Made by a program: the position numbers and the translations under genes
Assembly: GCA_965649765.1 (NCBI GenBank)
Contig: OZ287755.1
Coordinates: forward strand, 67,518,001-67,582,000
Direction: 5' to 3'
DNA: 64,000 nucleotides
Origin: Bispira polyomma
Taxonomy: Eukaryota
The notes under the pieces: model-generated
What the model saw: the letters and a program-made list of their open reading frames with translations, nothing else
The model's database searches: none
Told to the model about the DNA's origin: nothing
Part shown: piece after piece, positions 42,326-55,200 of the stretch
Position numbering within the stretch: position 1 is the stretch's first letter
How the letters are laid out: every line of letters starts with the position of its first letter

Positions 42326-42944
42326 AACATCAATTAATTCTTTCATTTTTCTTATGAAATAAACTTCTATCAGTCCACCTATATAAGATAAATATATTAA
42401 CCATAAATATACGAATAGACCATTAACCATTTATTAAGTTATATGTTTTCATGAATAATAACAATTCATCTACACCCCTAAATGGTTCATCTTAGACCCA
42501 TCATACAACATGGCGGCCCAGAGCTAATGATCGTGTTAGAAGTATTCAACCCTAAAAACTAAATAAATACTGTAGGTCAAAGTACAACTTTCTACTATGT
42601 CATTATAAATAAATACTCAGTTATTAAAATTGACCGTTAAGCTAGGATTCTCATGTCCGGTAACATCAATTAATTATTTCATTTTTCTTATGAAATAAAC
42701 TTCTATCAGTCCACCTTTATCAGAGTAATATATTAACCATAAATAGAACAGAATAGAACATTAACCACAATAAAACAAGTTATATTTTTTAATGAATAAT
42801 ATCATATTTACTCCCCTAAATGGTTCATCTTAGACCCGTTATACAACATGGCAGCCCTAAGCTAACAATCGTGTTAGAAAGTCTCTGAATCCCAAAAACT
42901 ATATAAATACTGTAGGTCAAAGTTTAGCTTTCTACTATGCCATT
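42326..42944. repeat. ~280-bp diverged tandem duplication (single in copy A at ~20232-20495)
   Basis: aacatcaattaatt...ctttctactatg(t/c)catt at 42326-42604 and 42662-42944. Confidence 0.85.
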
Positions 42945-44326
42945 GTCCTTATGTTATCATATTCAATAGTTCTTACAAATGTGTTAAATTATAACACTAT
43001 AATAACTGAAACGGTCGGTAAGAACACATAGGAGAAAAATCTATGTCTCTGGTTTACAATAATAATGTAACATCAATGTGTCACAACCATACATACAGTA
43101 ACTTGCAGAACATTTAGAACTGCAGATATTCACTACTAAAATCACATCCTGTATAGTAGGAATTGTACCATGTGAAACCCTTTGACTTATACCCTTTGAG
43201 TATGCATATCTTCGGCAGAAAATGCAGATAATCAACATAGTTCGAATATGTTTTTGCCATAATAATTGTCTGTTACCCCAAGAGCTGACAGTGGAACTGG
43301 GAGGTTCTTGGTTTAATCCCAGCCTGGTTCCACCAGGTACAAACCGATACATGACCCCTGTAAACCACAGACCTCTGGTGTTTTATTCTGTTCCCAATGG
43401 CAATCCCAAGGCTAATCTCACCAGTGTGGTTTCGAAACCTGTTAGTTTCTTCATGTCTAAAACTTTATCAGGTACTTGCTGTAGGTTGGTGGTTGCAGTA
43501 CGTCAGCACTTCTTTCTTCTACCATTGAATATGGCCGTTAAAGCCACGTAAAACCCAACTAAATTCAAATCTAATGACAGGCAAAGAATCTTAGGAATGC
43601 TTAGTAAATGGTGTCACCCTAAAGCCTTGGTCTTTAGTTGAAGGAATATTATTTACCGTTAGTTGGCTGTACATGCTGGAAAGGTTACCTAACACCAGAC
43701 AAAGGTAAATAAATATAAAATTTGAGTATAAATTTTATTATAATACAATGAGTAATTTATTCTTTTTGTGCGGTAAAATTGCAGTTGGCCCGTGTTTTAG
43801 AATGAAAGGCTGTTCTACTCAGTGCAAATCACTTTTGTAACCAGAAATCCCATGAGTGGTATACTAGGTTGGTCATAAAACTATGCTCTATGACTTTACT
43901 GACACGGAACCTAACGCCAGTGTATCACTTATTTACTTTTTTGTAACGGTTAAAAAAACTATTCTTTTGTTGTTTAGTTGTATGGGTGAGTCTGTAAAAT
44001 ACCACATATTGCAACATAGAATAGTCATCTACAGAATACTGTACAACTGATCATTTTTACTAGGAATTAATATTACCTATTTTATCTCATGAGTTAGGAT
44101 AGTGAAAATTGTGCAAAATGAAGTGAAGTTATGCAAAAGGTTAAAATTATACACAAATTGTGCAATATTGAAAGTGAATTTTTGACAAAAATTGTAAATT
44201 TTCTTAACCTAAAATTGCCACTGATACAAGTGAAATACCAAGCAATGTATATATAATCTATGCTGGGTGATCTAGGATGTGGTTAAGCACACACTGCACT
44301 GAACTCAATTAAACTTGTTGTTTTAG

Positions 44327-44750
44327 GGGTGTGAGAAAATGCAAATCTTTTGGAACACCACTTTGGAACCGCATAGCACTTAAGAGTTACAAAGGCGGTA
44401 ACTTGTCAACTTATTGGAGTTATATAGGTTTGGGGGAAAAGGAACACATTAAACAGAACCATTATTGCCAGATAATGCATACCAGTGGGGATCCCGGAGA
44501 TGCAACAAAAGTTTTCCGGGAAACTTATGGGACAAAAAGATAATAAACTGGGATGAAAGTAGTCCCCGCAGTGTCAGGATTTGAGCATGTGATTATCTAT
44601 CAATGGGTGATGCATATGAAGCATTTTTTGGAAGTCCAAGATTTACGCCCATGAAGATATAGGTCCATTTTTTGTTCCTCTGCTTTATCTGCTTGAAGTT
44701 GTTTAAAGTCAAATCTGTGGAGAGAAACATAATCTCTGTGTACTAGTAAA
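44327..44750 (+). pseudogene. Decayed exon-like segment of unknown family (homologue ~21412-21840)
   Basis: ttgttgttttag acceptor; A and B combine to PLLPDNAYQWGSRRCNKSFPGNLWDKKIINWDESSPRSVRI*ACDYLSMGDAYEAFFGKSKIYAxEDIGPFFVPLLYLLEV. Confidence 0.33.
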
Positions 44751-46137
44751 TAATAAAAAATAGGTGTGGCTGTAAATAACAGCTGAATCAATGTGAGATT
44801 CTCCTATATAAGCGCTGTGAGAGCTCAGGTTCAATATACAGTATACCTCTTTATTTGCCCTCACTCATTAAGTCTAGCAGCCATATCCGGGAAAAAAAGT
44901 CTCTGCAATTCATTAAAGCAACCAAATAGGTAAATCGGCAGGCGCTGATTTACTGTCGCAGCTCCAGTTGAATGGAACCAGCTCCCACAGACTGTCAGAT
45001 CACAGGATACAATCACTGGTTTTAAAAGCCAACTCAGAATATACCTTTTCAGACTTTCCCCATTTCTTAGTCTTTTCACTGGTGAATGATTTTTGGTAAC
45101 AATGTTTTATTTGTTTGCCCTTAGACAGGGCAACGTTTATTTTGTTTATTTTTGCTTATTATTCAAAGAGTTAATTAACATTTTCTTGACTGCCGAAGTA
45201 CAACCAACCAGTATTGGTAACTGGTATTCCCCTGACTGGATATGAGGGTTTGAGGTTGGCCTTTTAGTAAATGCCCCAAGTTCTTTAGCCTGTCAATGGG
45301 GATAGGACACAAGGACAGAAGACCTGTATCTTTTTGTCTCTTTTTCCCCCTTTACTTTTAATCTCTTAAATAGATGTGTGTAAATGATGACCAAACACTT
45401 CCCAAAGAGAGAGAATGCCAAGTCAAAGCTATCATTTGACTTTCATTAGAAACAAAATACCTGCCTATCTTTCGCTTATACTTTTATCAGGCACACTCTG
45501 ATGTTGTTTTTACTCTGACAAGGGCACTGGCATTGAAAAGGGTGCCGCCATCTTGGGTTATACAAGTAAGACCATCATAGATTGATTAGAAGCAATTGAA
45601 GCAATCGACCCGGCCAAACTGAGGGGTGTCCCTGAGTAAATAGTGTCCATATCAACATATTTCTTTTGTTAAAAAGACCAGCTCTTGTTTCTTTGTGTTT
45701 TTTTTCAGATGGATGTGTGTAGGTGGGTGCCTAACAACAAAACTACTCAATTATCATTAGTTTGTACAAAGACCTACTGTTTGCACATGGAGAAACAAAC
45801 AAGAAAAGAAGAAACATGACCAGTGATTATGACAAATAAGCAAGGTCTGAAAAAGCAGGTCTTCTCAAAGTCATAGACTGTGTTCGGTGTTTGAAGAGAA
45901 ATATTGCTTCTTTAATTACTGTCTTACTGACAGACAATTCCAAAGTTACACCTATTAAGCAGGAAAGCTTTAACAAATGTACCTTGTTTTAATTCAAATA
46001 TGTTTTTTTGGCAACTCAACAAATGGGAATAACAAAAAACAAGCCAAACCTAAGGGTTGGTCATTTGCAAGTTTTTTTGGGATAAAGCTAAAAAGATGAA
46101 TGAGCTTTATCACACATTAGACTCATTAAACAGACAA

Positions 46138-46480
46138 GGGGCTGCCTCTTGGTATTTGTTCTCTTTGGTCTAGTAAGGGGTCGTCTCAATGAAAGGGTCT
46201 GCCTATTGGCATTTGTACAGTTTGGTCTTAAGAGGGATTGTCTCAATGAAACGGGCTGCCTCTTGACATTTGTTCTCTTTTTTCTAGTGAGAGATTGCCT
46301 CAAAGAAATTGACTACCTCTTGGTATTTGTTCTTTTTGGTCTAGTTAGTAGGTCGTCTTGAAGAAATAGGCTGTCTCTCAGTATTTGTTCTTTTTGATCT
46401 AATGAGGGATCATCTCAAAGAAATTCACTGCCTCTTAGTATTAGTTCTTTTTGGTACAGTGAGGGGGTCGTCTCAAAGAA
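46138..46480. repeat. ~57-bp minisatellite (~6 units; 2 units at 22536-22660; at least 1 at 1-55)
   Basis: Consensus gggctgcctcttggtatttgttctctttggtctagtgaggggtcgtctcaaagaaat. Confidence 0.9.
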
Positions 46481-46740
46481 GTGAGGAGTCTAATATAAAT
46501 ATATGGCAAACACTATTTTCTCATATATTTTTAAGGAAATTATTTGAAGTATGCTAGTGTTGTGAATTGAATGATTGTGATTTTGTGTTATACAGTTATA
46601 TGTATATCACAAAGAAGTGAGGAGTCTAATATAAATATATGGCAAACACTATTTTCTCATATATTTTTAAGGAAATTATTTGAAGTATGCTAGTGTTGTG
46701 AATTGAATGATTGTGATTTTGTGTTATACAGTTATATGTA
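46474..46740. repeat. Identical 131-bp tandem duplication separated by tatca
   Basis: 46474-46604 = 46610-46740. Confidence 0.92.
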
Positions 46741-47819
46741 AAAGAATTTTATTTCCTAATTGCAATAAAACTAACAAATTATTTTCATAATGTGCAAATG
46801 GTGGCATTTTTAGGAAACAGTGAAATTTTACCTGATGAAAAAGAGATTCTGAACAAAAAAAAAACACTATGTAAGATGGACAACTTATGCTGACCGGTTC
46901 TTGCTGTTGAAGCACTAATGAACACCTTGTTTACATACATGCTTTTTGTAGACCTCCCCAATATGACTCATGCTAAATCACAAAAACATTCCACAGTAGA
47001 TCATTAATAAATAAACCCATCTTTTAAACAACTTACACGTTTTCCCATCATTAGTACATTTCTTACTTATTTACAAACATAACTATATATATTCAAAACC
47101 CCTTCTGCACATATTTATTGAAAACTGTTGCAAATGTTAATTATAGCAAGGTATATAATATTTCCACTCGTTTTATCATTGGGATGCTGGAAGAAGGATA
47201 TTGATTAATGAGTTAAAGAACATCCTGGGATACACACTTATTACTCAGTCATCTAAAACTCCAGGTCAAATAAGTTAGTAAAAAATCAGAGTCTACAGAA
47301 TATCCATTCTATTTATTATGTAATGTCAACTTTCCAATGTTCATAAAATATATTAAGCAATACACTGTAATATGTAAATATCATAAAAGTGCCAAACTAC
47401 ATTATAATAGCCAATCTAGTAAATGAACTTTAGTTAAAATATATACCTTATATAAATTTCTAAAAGAGTTGATATGATTACTATAATAAATACATAATAA
47501 ATATGACCCCCTATAGTTAGGCCCGGGCAATTGCTTCCAAACAATTCATAAAGGCCCTTTAGAGTAAAAACAACAGCAGGCTACGCCTAATATAAATAAT
47601 AATTATTTTCCAATGTTGTTTCATCCACTGTCATTTTGATAATGCCTGATTTGGATGCAATTAGAACAGTCTCTTATGGGTCATTATTATATCATGGACT
47701 GAGCTTTGCTGTTGTTTGTGTGTTGTTTAGTTTTTACTTCTATGTTCGGTTTATTTTTCTTTTTGTTTTTGCTATACTTGCAGTATGAAACAAATAAAAT
47801 TAAATAAAGTGATTAAACT

Positions 47820-48460
47820 ATAGCAAGGGATCATGCATTTATTCAATCTGAAACCTAACTATGGATCATGTAGATATTCATTAAAACAGTGTTAGGGATC
47901 AAGTAGATATTCATTATGGCATATCACCAAGGATTATGTTGTGATGCAAGTAGTTGTAGTTGCAGGAGAATGTAATGATAATTAGTGAACTTTTGTCTAG
48001 TTGACTAATTATTAATATTATTACTATAGAAGCATTTATGGAGTGCCAAATTGCCTCATGAAAAGGCATAGATACAAGTGAACTAGCAGAATTACGATTT
48101 ATACAAATGAAATCTGGTTTGGATATGCAGTTTTCCACTCTCGAAGCTCTCCAGGGATCATGTCGTAATTCACTCTAAAAATTCAGGAGGATCGTGTAGT
48201 TATTCAGTCTGATAATTTAGCAAGGATCTAATCTAATCTAATCTAGTCGTACTTTTATAGCGCTTAATCTTTGTACAACAAATTCTAAGGCGCAACAAAC
48301 CCAAAACGTTAATCGAAAATCAAAAATAGTGGGCGGATGGAAGTCGTAACCAGGGAGACTACCGTAAATGGTTGCGAAGGATCGTGTAGTTTTTCCCACA
48401 GACTTGTAGCAGGGATCATGTAGTAATTTACCGAGACTTGTAGCAGATCCCACAGATCTT
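47820..48460. repeat. Degenerate ~33-bp tandem repeat (core GGATCATGTAG), interrupted by an L2 3' end (~48225-48300, minus)
   Basis: Recurring ggatc(a/g)tgtagttattca-like cores; (ctaat)n followed by cttttatagcgcttaatc matches the L2 end at 29840 in reverse. Confidence 0.6.
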
Positions 48461-51400
48461 CAGTCAACATGATCACACGCTGTTGGCTTGGTGTTTAGTT
48501 TACTGGTAGTGTTTGTTTTTTGGGAAGCTTGTGGACTTTTTACTAATATTGCATTTAACCTATAGTAAGTATATCTTTTCTTCTGAAGAGTAAAATAAGC
48601 CTTCTCTAGTATGCCCAAACCCTGTTGACATTTCCATTATGTGTGTGTATATTTTGTGGTAATTACAAACATTAATGAAAAATATTAACCTTGCCTGGAA
48701 ATTCTCAGAGGTTTTGTGCACTCTAACTGCCAGTGGCATAAATCAGAAACTTAAGGGCCTCCCTTTTGTCTTTATTGTCAATTTATGTCTGCAACATTGG
48801 ATGATGATAAGTTCCAGGTCTGTGTCAATAGATGGGGTTTTTAATTACAATAAATGTAATACTGTCTATTCGGAATATTCATTTGAATGAAGCAATAAAG
48901 GCCATTAAACTTTCAGACTGTCATTAAACATTTACCTGTCAGACTGTTAAATTTAACAAGTTCTTGACAGCCTTGACTTTACTGACTTGACCATTATGAA
49001 AGCAGATGAACTAGTGATTTTAGAAATAAATTTAAATAAATTCACAGATTTGTCATTGTATACATCTTGTGTCATCAATGAGCAAGTGCTTTGATAGCTT
49101 TATTGAACTACCCCCTCTCCTCATCCGATCAGACAACAAATAGAGAAATTTCCATTTCAGTAATGGTCGTTTGTAAATGCCCTGGATGTGATAGGTTTGG
49201 ATCTTATAGGGATATGTATGGACTACATATTTCTATTGTTTGCAAAATTTCTGTCAGATTGTACCGCACCAGAGCCAATTTAACACAGCTCTTTTAAACT
49301 GTTTTGAATGAAAGTGAAAAAGCAGATTAAAATTTTCAGATTTGACAGTAATTTTGTCACCCACCCATTTTTCTGTTAAACATTTTATTCAGTATATCTA
49401 CATAAATATTGTTATTAAGGTCCTCTTCCAGAGCCCTATAATCTAGATGATCTGCTCTAACCAAATAAACACTGTCCAGCAAAACTTTTTTTGTCATGTT
49501 TGTTTTGTTTCATGAATTATGCATATACTTACCCAAGATTAATATCAAACTGACAACATAAAACTGACATTGACATAGACAAGTTAAAGCTTCCAGGACC
49601 AGGGGCCAACATTATAGAAATAAGGGCACTCCTGTTTGGCACAAACATTTTAGTTTTTCCTTCATGCACAATATGTATCTGCTCTGACATTTCTTTCTCT
49701 AAATAATGTATTAACCCGTTAACTTCAGTATTTCTTATGTGGTCTGAATTTGAATTTAGTTAGGTGTTACGTCCCTTTCAACAGGTTTTGAACCAACATT
49801 AGTAAGAGACCTGTGATGTTGAAACGGGTGCTTCTAACCACTAAGCCACTGCAGCTTGTGTTACATAGCCGGAAACAACATTTCTATTATGTACCAGCAG
49901 GAACAAGACTGTCATCTGTTCTGATCAAAAACATAATAAATATGGCAAAATGTACACTACACAAAAACAAAATTGCATACTATTGACCACATTTGAAAGA
50001 AACCTAGAAGTTCTTTCAACAAAATAATTTTACAAGAACTAAAAAATATTAAAAAAAGATGTGGAAGTTTGGAAATTTACCGGAAACGGTTTTCTAGTTA
50101 ACTACTCATAAATGTGTTAAATTTTCTGTATTTTGTGTGGTCAAAACTAGGCATTAGGAGACATCTCTCCTTGGCTATACTGGAGATATCCTTTTTAATG
50201 GTCTTTTTTTAAACATTTTTTTTATCTTACATTACTGTATAGATTTTATAAATATCACTGAAAATTCATGTTCTCAAGAAAGTAGTGTAAAATTATTACC
50301 TGGCAACGATTTTCTACATATATAACATGCTCTAATATATATGCTATAGCACGTTGTTGTTGTATTTTGGAGAAAATCAACATTCTCTAAAGAAAGTGGG
50401 TGATATGTTGCAAGTCAAAGTATGAGTATCCAGAGAGGTAAATTATGCAGACATCATCCTACACTGCTGTCAGCAGGAGCTGAGAGACTCTTTATATTTG
50501 TATTCAGTGGATGTCACAATCAGACAAGGCTTATTAGAAGCTTTTAGAGAGCAGTTTGTTCCAGGAGAAACATGTCGTAAATAGCAATTTTTTTCACAAT
50601 AGTTGGCTATGACGATTTGTTTTACCAAATTACATTGTAAGTTAAAATTATTATAGTTGCAACTATTGACTTTGAGCATCGGTGACAAATAAGCTATCCA
50701 TGGAGGTTAATTTAGATTGTGTTGCTCTAAATGATTTTGTGTAAAAAGTACATATCAAATTATGATATTGAACAAACCTAGGTGGTTCAGTTTAGTTTTT
50801 TTAGGGTATAATATCACTTTCAACACTTGTGTGCATTATTACTTCAAGCAGTCTATTGGCCAAGGAAATCATTGCAGGTTAGTTAGTTTAATGTGTATGT
50901 ACTGACAAAACTGACCTTTAGTAAGCTTACTGCCACATGCATGCTGTGGCCAATACTCAAACCCACTACTACAGAGGTTGGTGGCGATGGTGTTACCTCT
51001 CAATCACCAAGTTACGCGGGTGGCTTATGTCCCCCCTACAGGTAATTAAAATAAAGAATGAAGAATGAATTTCAATAAAAGAAAATACATACTGCAAATG
51101 GTCACTTCATTTCTTCTTACCAGAATTAAAGCATGGCTCTTATGTATAAAAGACATTAAGCTCATTTTATATGTCAAACTTAAATCGCTCATACAGAAGT
51201 TCTCCTTATCAACTGGATTTACTTAGACATGTCACTGTCACTGGAATTTCAAATCTACAGTAAAATTGGGTTGCATGAAGAAACATCACAACATTCATTC
51301 AGGATTATAATAAGTTTAAGTTTAAAACTTGTCACAAAGATGGTCCTAGAGGTAGTTAACCCAGGGCTGGCCACAAAACTCTCCCTCCACATCAAACAAG

Positions 51401-52189
51401 GTCTCACTAACACACAGTTCTAATAGAAATAGTTAAACCAAGCAACTCTCAAATCAAAAGATCAGTTTTCTTCTAGAAAAGCAAGCACATATACTCTGCT
51501 CCAAGTCCCCCCCCCCCCCCCCCCTCTCTATAACAGACTCATTAATCACAGTGTTCGGTTATACCTCTCTATTGTTTACATTGATTTCTGGATTGTTTAC
51601 CCTTCTTTCAAAACCTTTCTTGTATCGGCTTCTAATTATGGTTATGTTTGTGTAGATATGCAACATATTAATCAAATCCACCCACGCCAGACATGAGAGC
51701 TGCTATCCTGACAATGGTACACTATAAATATGTGAAAAATTAGACCTGAATGCTTTTACACGTCTAGTGGTATTTTTTATCAGGCACAGTCTGACATTGT
51801 TTTCATTCTAAAAAGGTCGCTGCTATCTTTGAAAAGGGGTATCACCATATTACAAAATTCTATGTAAGGCCTTAATGGATTGGTTGGGAGCAATTGACCG
51901 GTCCAAACTCGGGGGCATCAGGATGCCTGGTGGGCATATCAACTGTGTGTCTGTCTTTTTAAAAAGACAATTCTTGTTTCTTGTGCAAATGGCTGGCCAA
52001 GTTAATAGCTTGTAAATAAATATGTACTTTATGCACCTTTGTCATTAACATTTAACCACATGGTCAAGGGGCCTTATGTATAAAATATTCTCAACGTTAT
52101 AATCAAATCTAATTGAAAGCACTATAGCATCCTAATCATAGGCAATAGTCATAAGAGAAGCTTAGATTACATTTATATTTGTATAGTGT

Positions 52190-52570
52190 CTATTACTAGG
52201 CGCTTTACAATTTTAAAAATTATAGAAAGATACTAAAAGAAGAATTATAGCATGTTAACAGTTGTACACTAATTAGAATAAGTAGTTTTTTAAATAGTCT
52301 TAAACCATGCTGCAACATCTCAACTTGATTGACAGACTGTTCCACCATTGAATTGCTACTGAGCGAAATGCACAATATTTTCAAGGGTTTTTAAATTTAC
52401 TTCTTTGGACTAACAGCAGTTTATGTAAATCTGAGTGCAAAGATCGAGGAGGGCAATATGGGATTAAGGGACTGGTGATGTAGTCAGGTGCAAGAACATG
52501 GCCTTGAAACATAGTAGCAATATTCTTATATTTGATACGTTGTTGAATTGGAAGCCAATATAGAGACTTG
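52190..52570 (-). mobile_element. L2 3' fragment
   Basis: KSLYWLPIQQRIKYK...APDYITSPLIPYCPPRSLHS...WWNSL. Confidence 0.78.
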
Positions 52571-52720
52571 AAACTTGATTATCCATTCAGCCAAGGGAAA
52601 ATGATGGCTATGTAGGAACGGCTTGGTTGAAAATATAAAACTTTCTATGATTTGCTTTGTTCTGGAAGTATGTTGTCAGTGATTTGTCAACATTTGTAAC
52701 CATAATTAAAAGAAATGCCT

Positions 52721-52754
<34 letters not shown>

Positions 52755-53084
52755 AAAAGTGATAACTATCGGCAATACATTCCTTATCCTGTTGATTTAA
52801 CACTTGTCCCATTTGATGAGCGCCTATCACATATATTTAGTGAAGTAACACCCTAGCTGTTAATTCTCATCACACATAGGTTAGGATACATTATAGTGGT
52901 TTTTTGCTTTGAAACTGGAGTAGAGTTATGGATGTCCCTACTTTAAAGGATAGAACACTAACATGTATCATAACCTACTTAAATCACACCACAACAACTA
53001 TATTTCTTTTTTTTTTCAATGGCAAAATCCCCCGGGTGTAATTTCACATAAACTAAAGCTATTTCTCACAAATGTTTAGGTCAC

Positions 53085-53978
53085 CTCCACGCTTTATACC
53101 ATTCTTCGCAAATAAATCCATTTCTCCCCCCCCCCCTCCCCATCTTCATTCCCACTGGTCTGACAGCCACTGTGTCAGAAATGACACTTTCATTGGAACA
53201 ATCATTGGCAAAAAACGATTAGACAAGGTTCAAACTCTCACATAGCAATATCTCTGAATTAGTCACAGCCTGGTGGTTCCATATATCTGTGGTTTCTCCA
53301 ATACTCTCCCTTTGTCATTGCTGCTTCACTTATGCAAGTCTACTGATAAGAAATGGTGTGACCTCTAACTGTAACTAAATGGCTGAATTGTGAAGAATGC
53401 CTTCACATAATGACAGATATAAATGAGACATGGATGATTTTTGTGAAAAGTTCTAACCTCAGGGCTTTTTCTGAAACTTATTTTTTAATGAGGTTAGAAC
53501 TTTTCACAAAAATCATCCAGGTGTTGGAGTTCAGCAACGACAATTGCCTTTTAATCTCTTAGATCCTATTATCTGTCACCCTGAGGACAGTGCTTCAGAT
53601 ACTACTGCTTCCTTTATGTGAGTAGATATGTCAGGTGTTTCCTGTAGGTTGGTTCTTCACAGTTTAAATTGGGGGCCTAAAACATTTGTTTATAAGTGTT
53701 ATGCATTTTATCAACATGATGTTTATTGAATATTCTGTCACCTATAACTGAAATTGTACAAAAAAAAAGAATTTCAGTAATTTACAATTTTTAAGAAGTT
53801 CACTAAAATAAGATGGATAAGTGGAAATAGTCCCTTATACAGTGTTAATACAAAAGTTTCAGAATACTTACATCTACCCAGATTAAGACCTGTGTTGATT
53901 GGTTAGTGTCACACACAAGGCTTTGATACATTTGCACTACATAATCTTCATTTGTGAGAAGATTCATTGAAAATCTCT
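53085..53978 (-). pseudogene. Three exon remnants (53978-53872, 53641-53580, 53342-53085) of a putative SET-like pseudogene continuing into 51419
   Basis: GT-AG borders with compatible phases (1/0, 0/2, 2/1 after one 1-nt correction); the third exon has three stops and ends ...LFAKNGIKRG|E. Confidence 0.42.
53431..53519. repeat. Perfect 31-bp inverted repeat with 27-bp spacer
   Basis: tggatgatttttgtgaaaagttctaacctca (53431-53461) / tgaggttagaacttttcacaaaaatcatcca (53489-53519). Confidence 0.92.
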
Positions 53979-54949
53979 CTATAGAATACACAGATACAAT
54001 GAAGCATGCAGTGGAAAATTACATTTCCTTATAAAAGAGAGAAGATAAACAATATATATACCAGGATAAAAGGCTGTGTGTGTGTGGTGGAGCAAAGAAG
54101 AAATCACCCAGGGGATTTGAGGGGGAAAAAGGGGCAGGAAGGTAGTTTTTCTGTCTATGTCTGGGTATTTTTGTTCATCATCAGATCTTAGTTATTCAGT
54201 GCAAGTGTCTCACTTAGTCAAGCCTTTGAATTGAAAAGATCATTGGTGTAAATGCAAATCAGTGATTTAATTCTAATGGTAATTGATTTCCTGATAAAAA
54301 ACACACACCCAACAGCTGTGTATAGTTCTGTACAAACTTTGTGCTCAGACAGAAGAGCAAAAAAAGCTGAAACTTATTAGTGATACATGAAACAATCCTT
54401 ACCAAATTTAGTCATAAGTATAAAGTTCTTATTTGACAGCTTGGAGAATGTGAATTAAAGATTGATAATCGAAGATGAAATAAAGATTCCTTATGTTGAC
54501 CTAATACCAAATACAAATGCATAGCAAGTGCTGACAAAAACAACATACACTAATTTATAATTGTACACAAATTTTCATCAAGCAACATGTGCTTGTAATA
54601 TGCGGGGCCAGGCAACTTTGCAGGTGAGGTTCAGAGCTGTGTGATATGAGGAGCCAATATGTAACTGGTTGTAAGTGGGAGTCCCAGGCTGGGATTTAAT
54701 CAGGTCCTTTGTGGTCCTGAGTCACTGTGTTATGGCCCATTCGCATAGTGGGGGTATGGCGGGCAGTATCAGAGGCAGTAGAAGATACTGCCTACTAAAT
54801 CGGGTGATCTATCTATGTTAATGTTGTGCACTTCTATAGTGCCACAATCGATGACCAGGCATCCTCTGTGGCGCACATCCCAATCAGTATGCAAAAGAAC
54901 AGTCCGATAAGAGAAACAGGTTTGATAGACGGAAAAGCCAGTTGCTACA

Positions 54950-55200
54950 GATGTGTTTTGAGTTTTTTCCTTATGCCTGTAAGCCTTGTCTCAGTGTAAA
55001 GACTAGTGGGGAGACCATTCCACTCAACAGGTGCTGTAACTTTGAATGATTTTGAACCAGCCAGTTTTTAGGTAAGAAGCAGAGCTGGATAGATGATTTC
55101 CTCTGGTAAGATTGCTGCGAGACAACATAGATGATAAGTAAACGAAATATACCCACTAAAACTTGTTCAGATAAGTTTTTCAAATGGAAAGAGACAGGAA
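54950..55200 (-). mobile_element. L2 3' fragment
   Basis: AGSKSFKVTAPVEWNGLPTSL...RKKLKTHL. Confidence 0.7.

Larger units (their letters stand above)
22602..46141. repeat. Copy B of the ~23-kb tandem unit
   Basis: Colinear with copy A along its length, apart from copy-specific TE insertions and deletions. Confidence 0.93.
46142..54610. repeat. Partial, more diverged copy C of the tandem unit
   Basis: 46780-47700 = 685-1680; 49060-51920 = 2195-4990; 53745-54600 = 27070-28070. Visibly more mismatches than A vs B. Retains ~1.8 kb (51925-53740) absent from both A and B. Confidence 0.88.

Noticed and set aside
46138-46480. CRISPR array
   Set aside because: Contiguous diverged units with no unique spacers, no cas genes, and a eukaryotic context.
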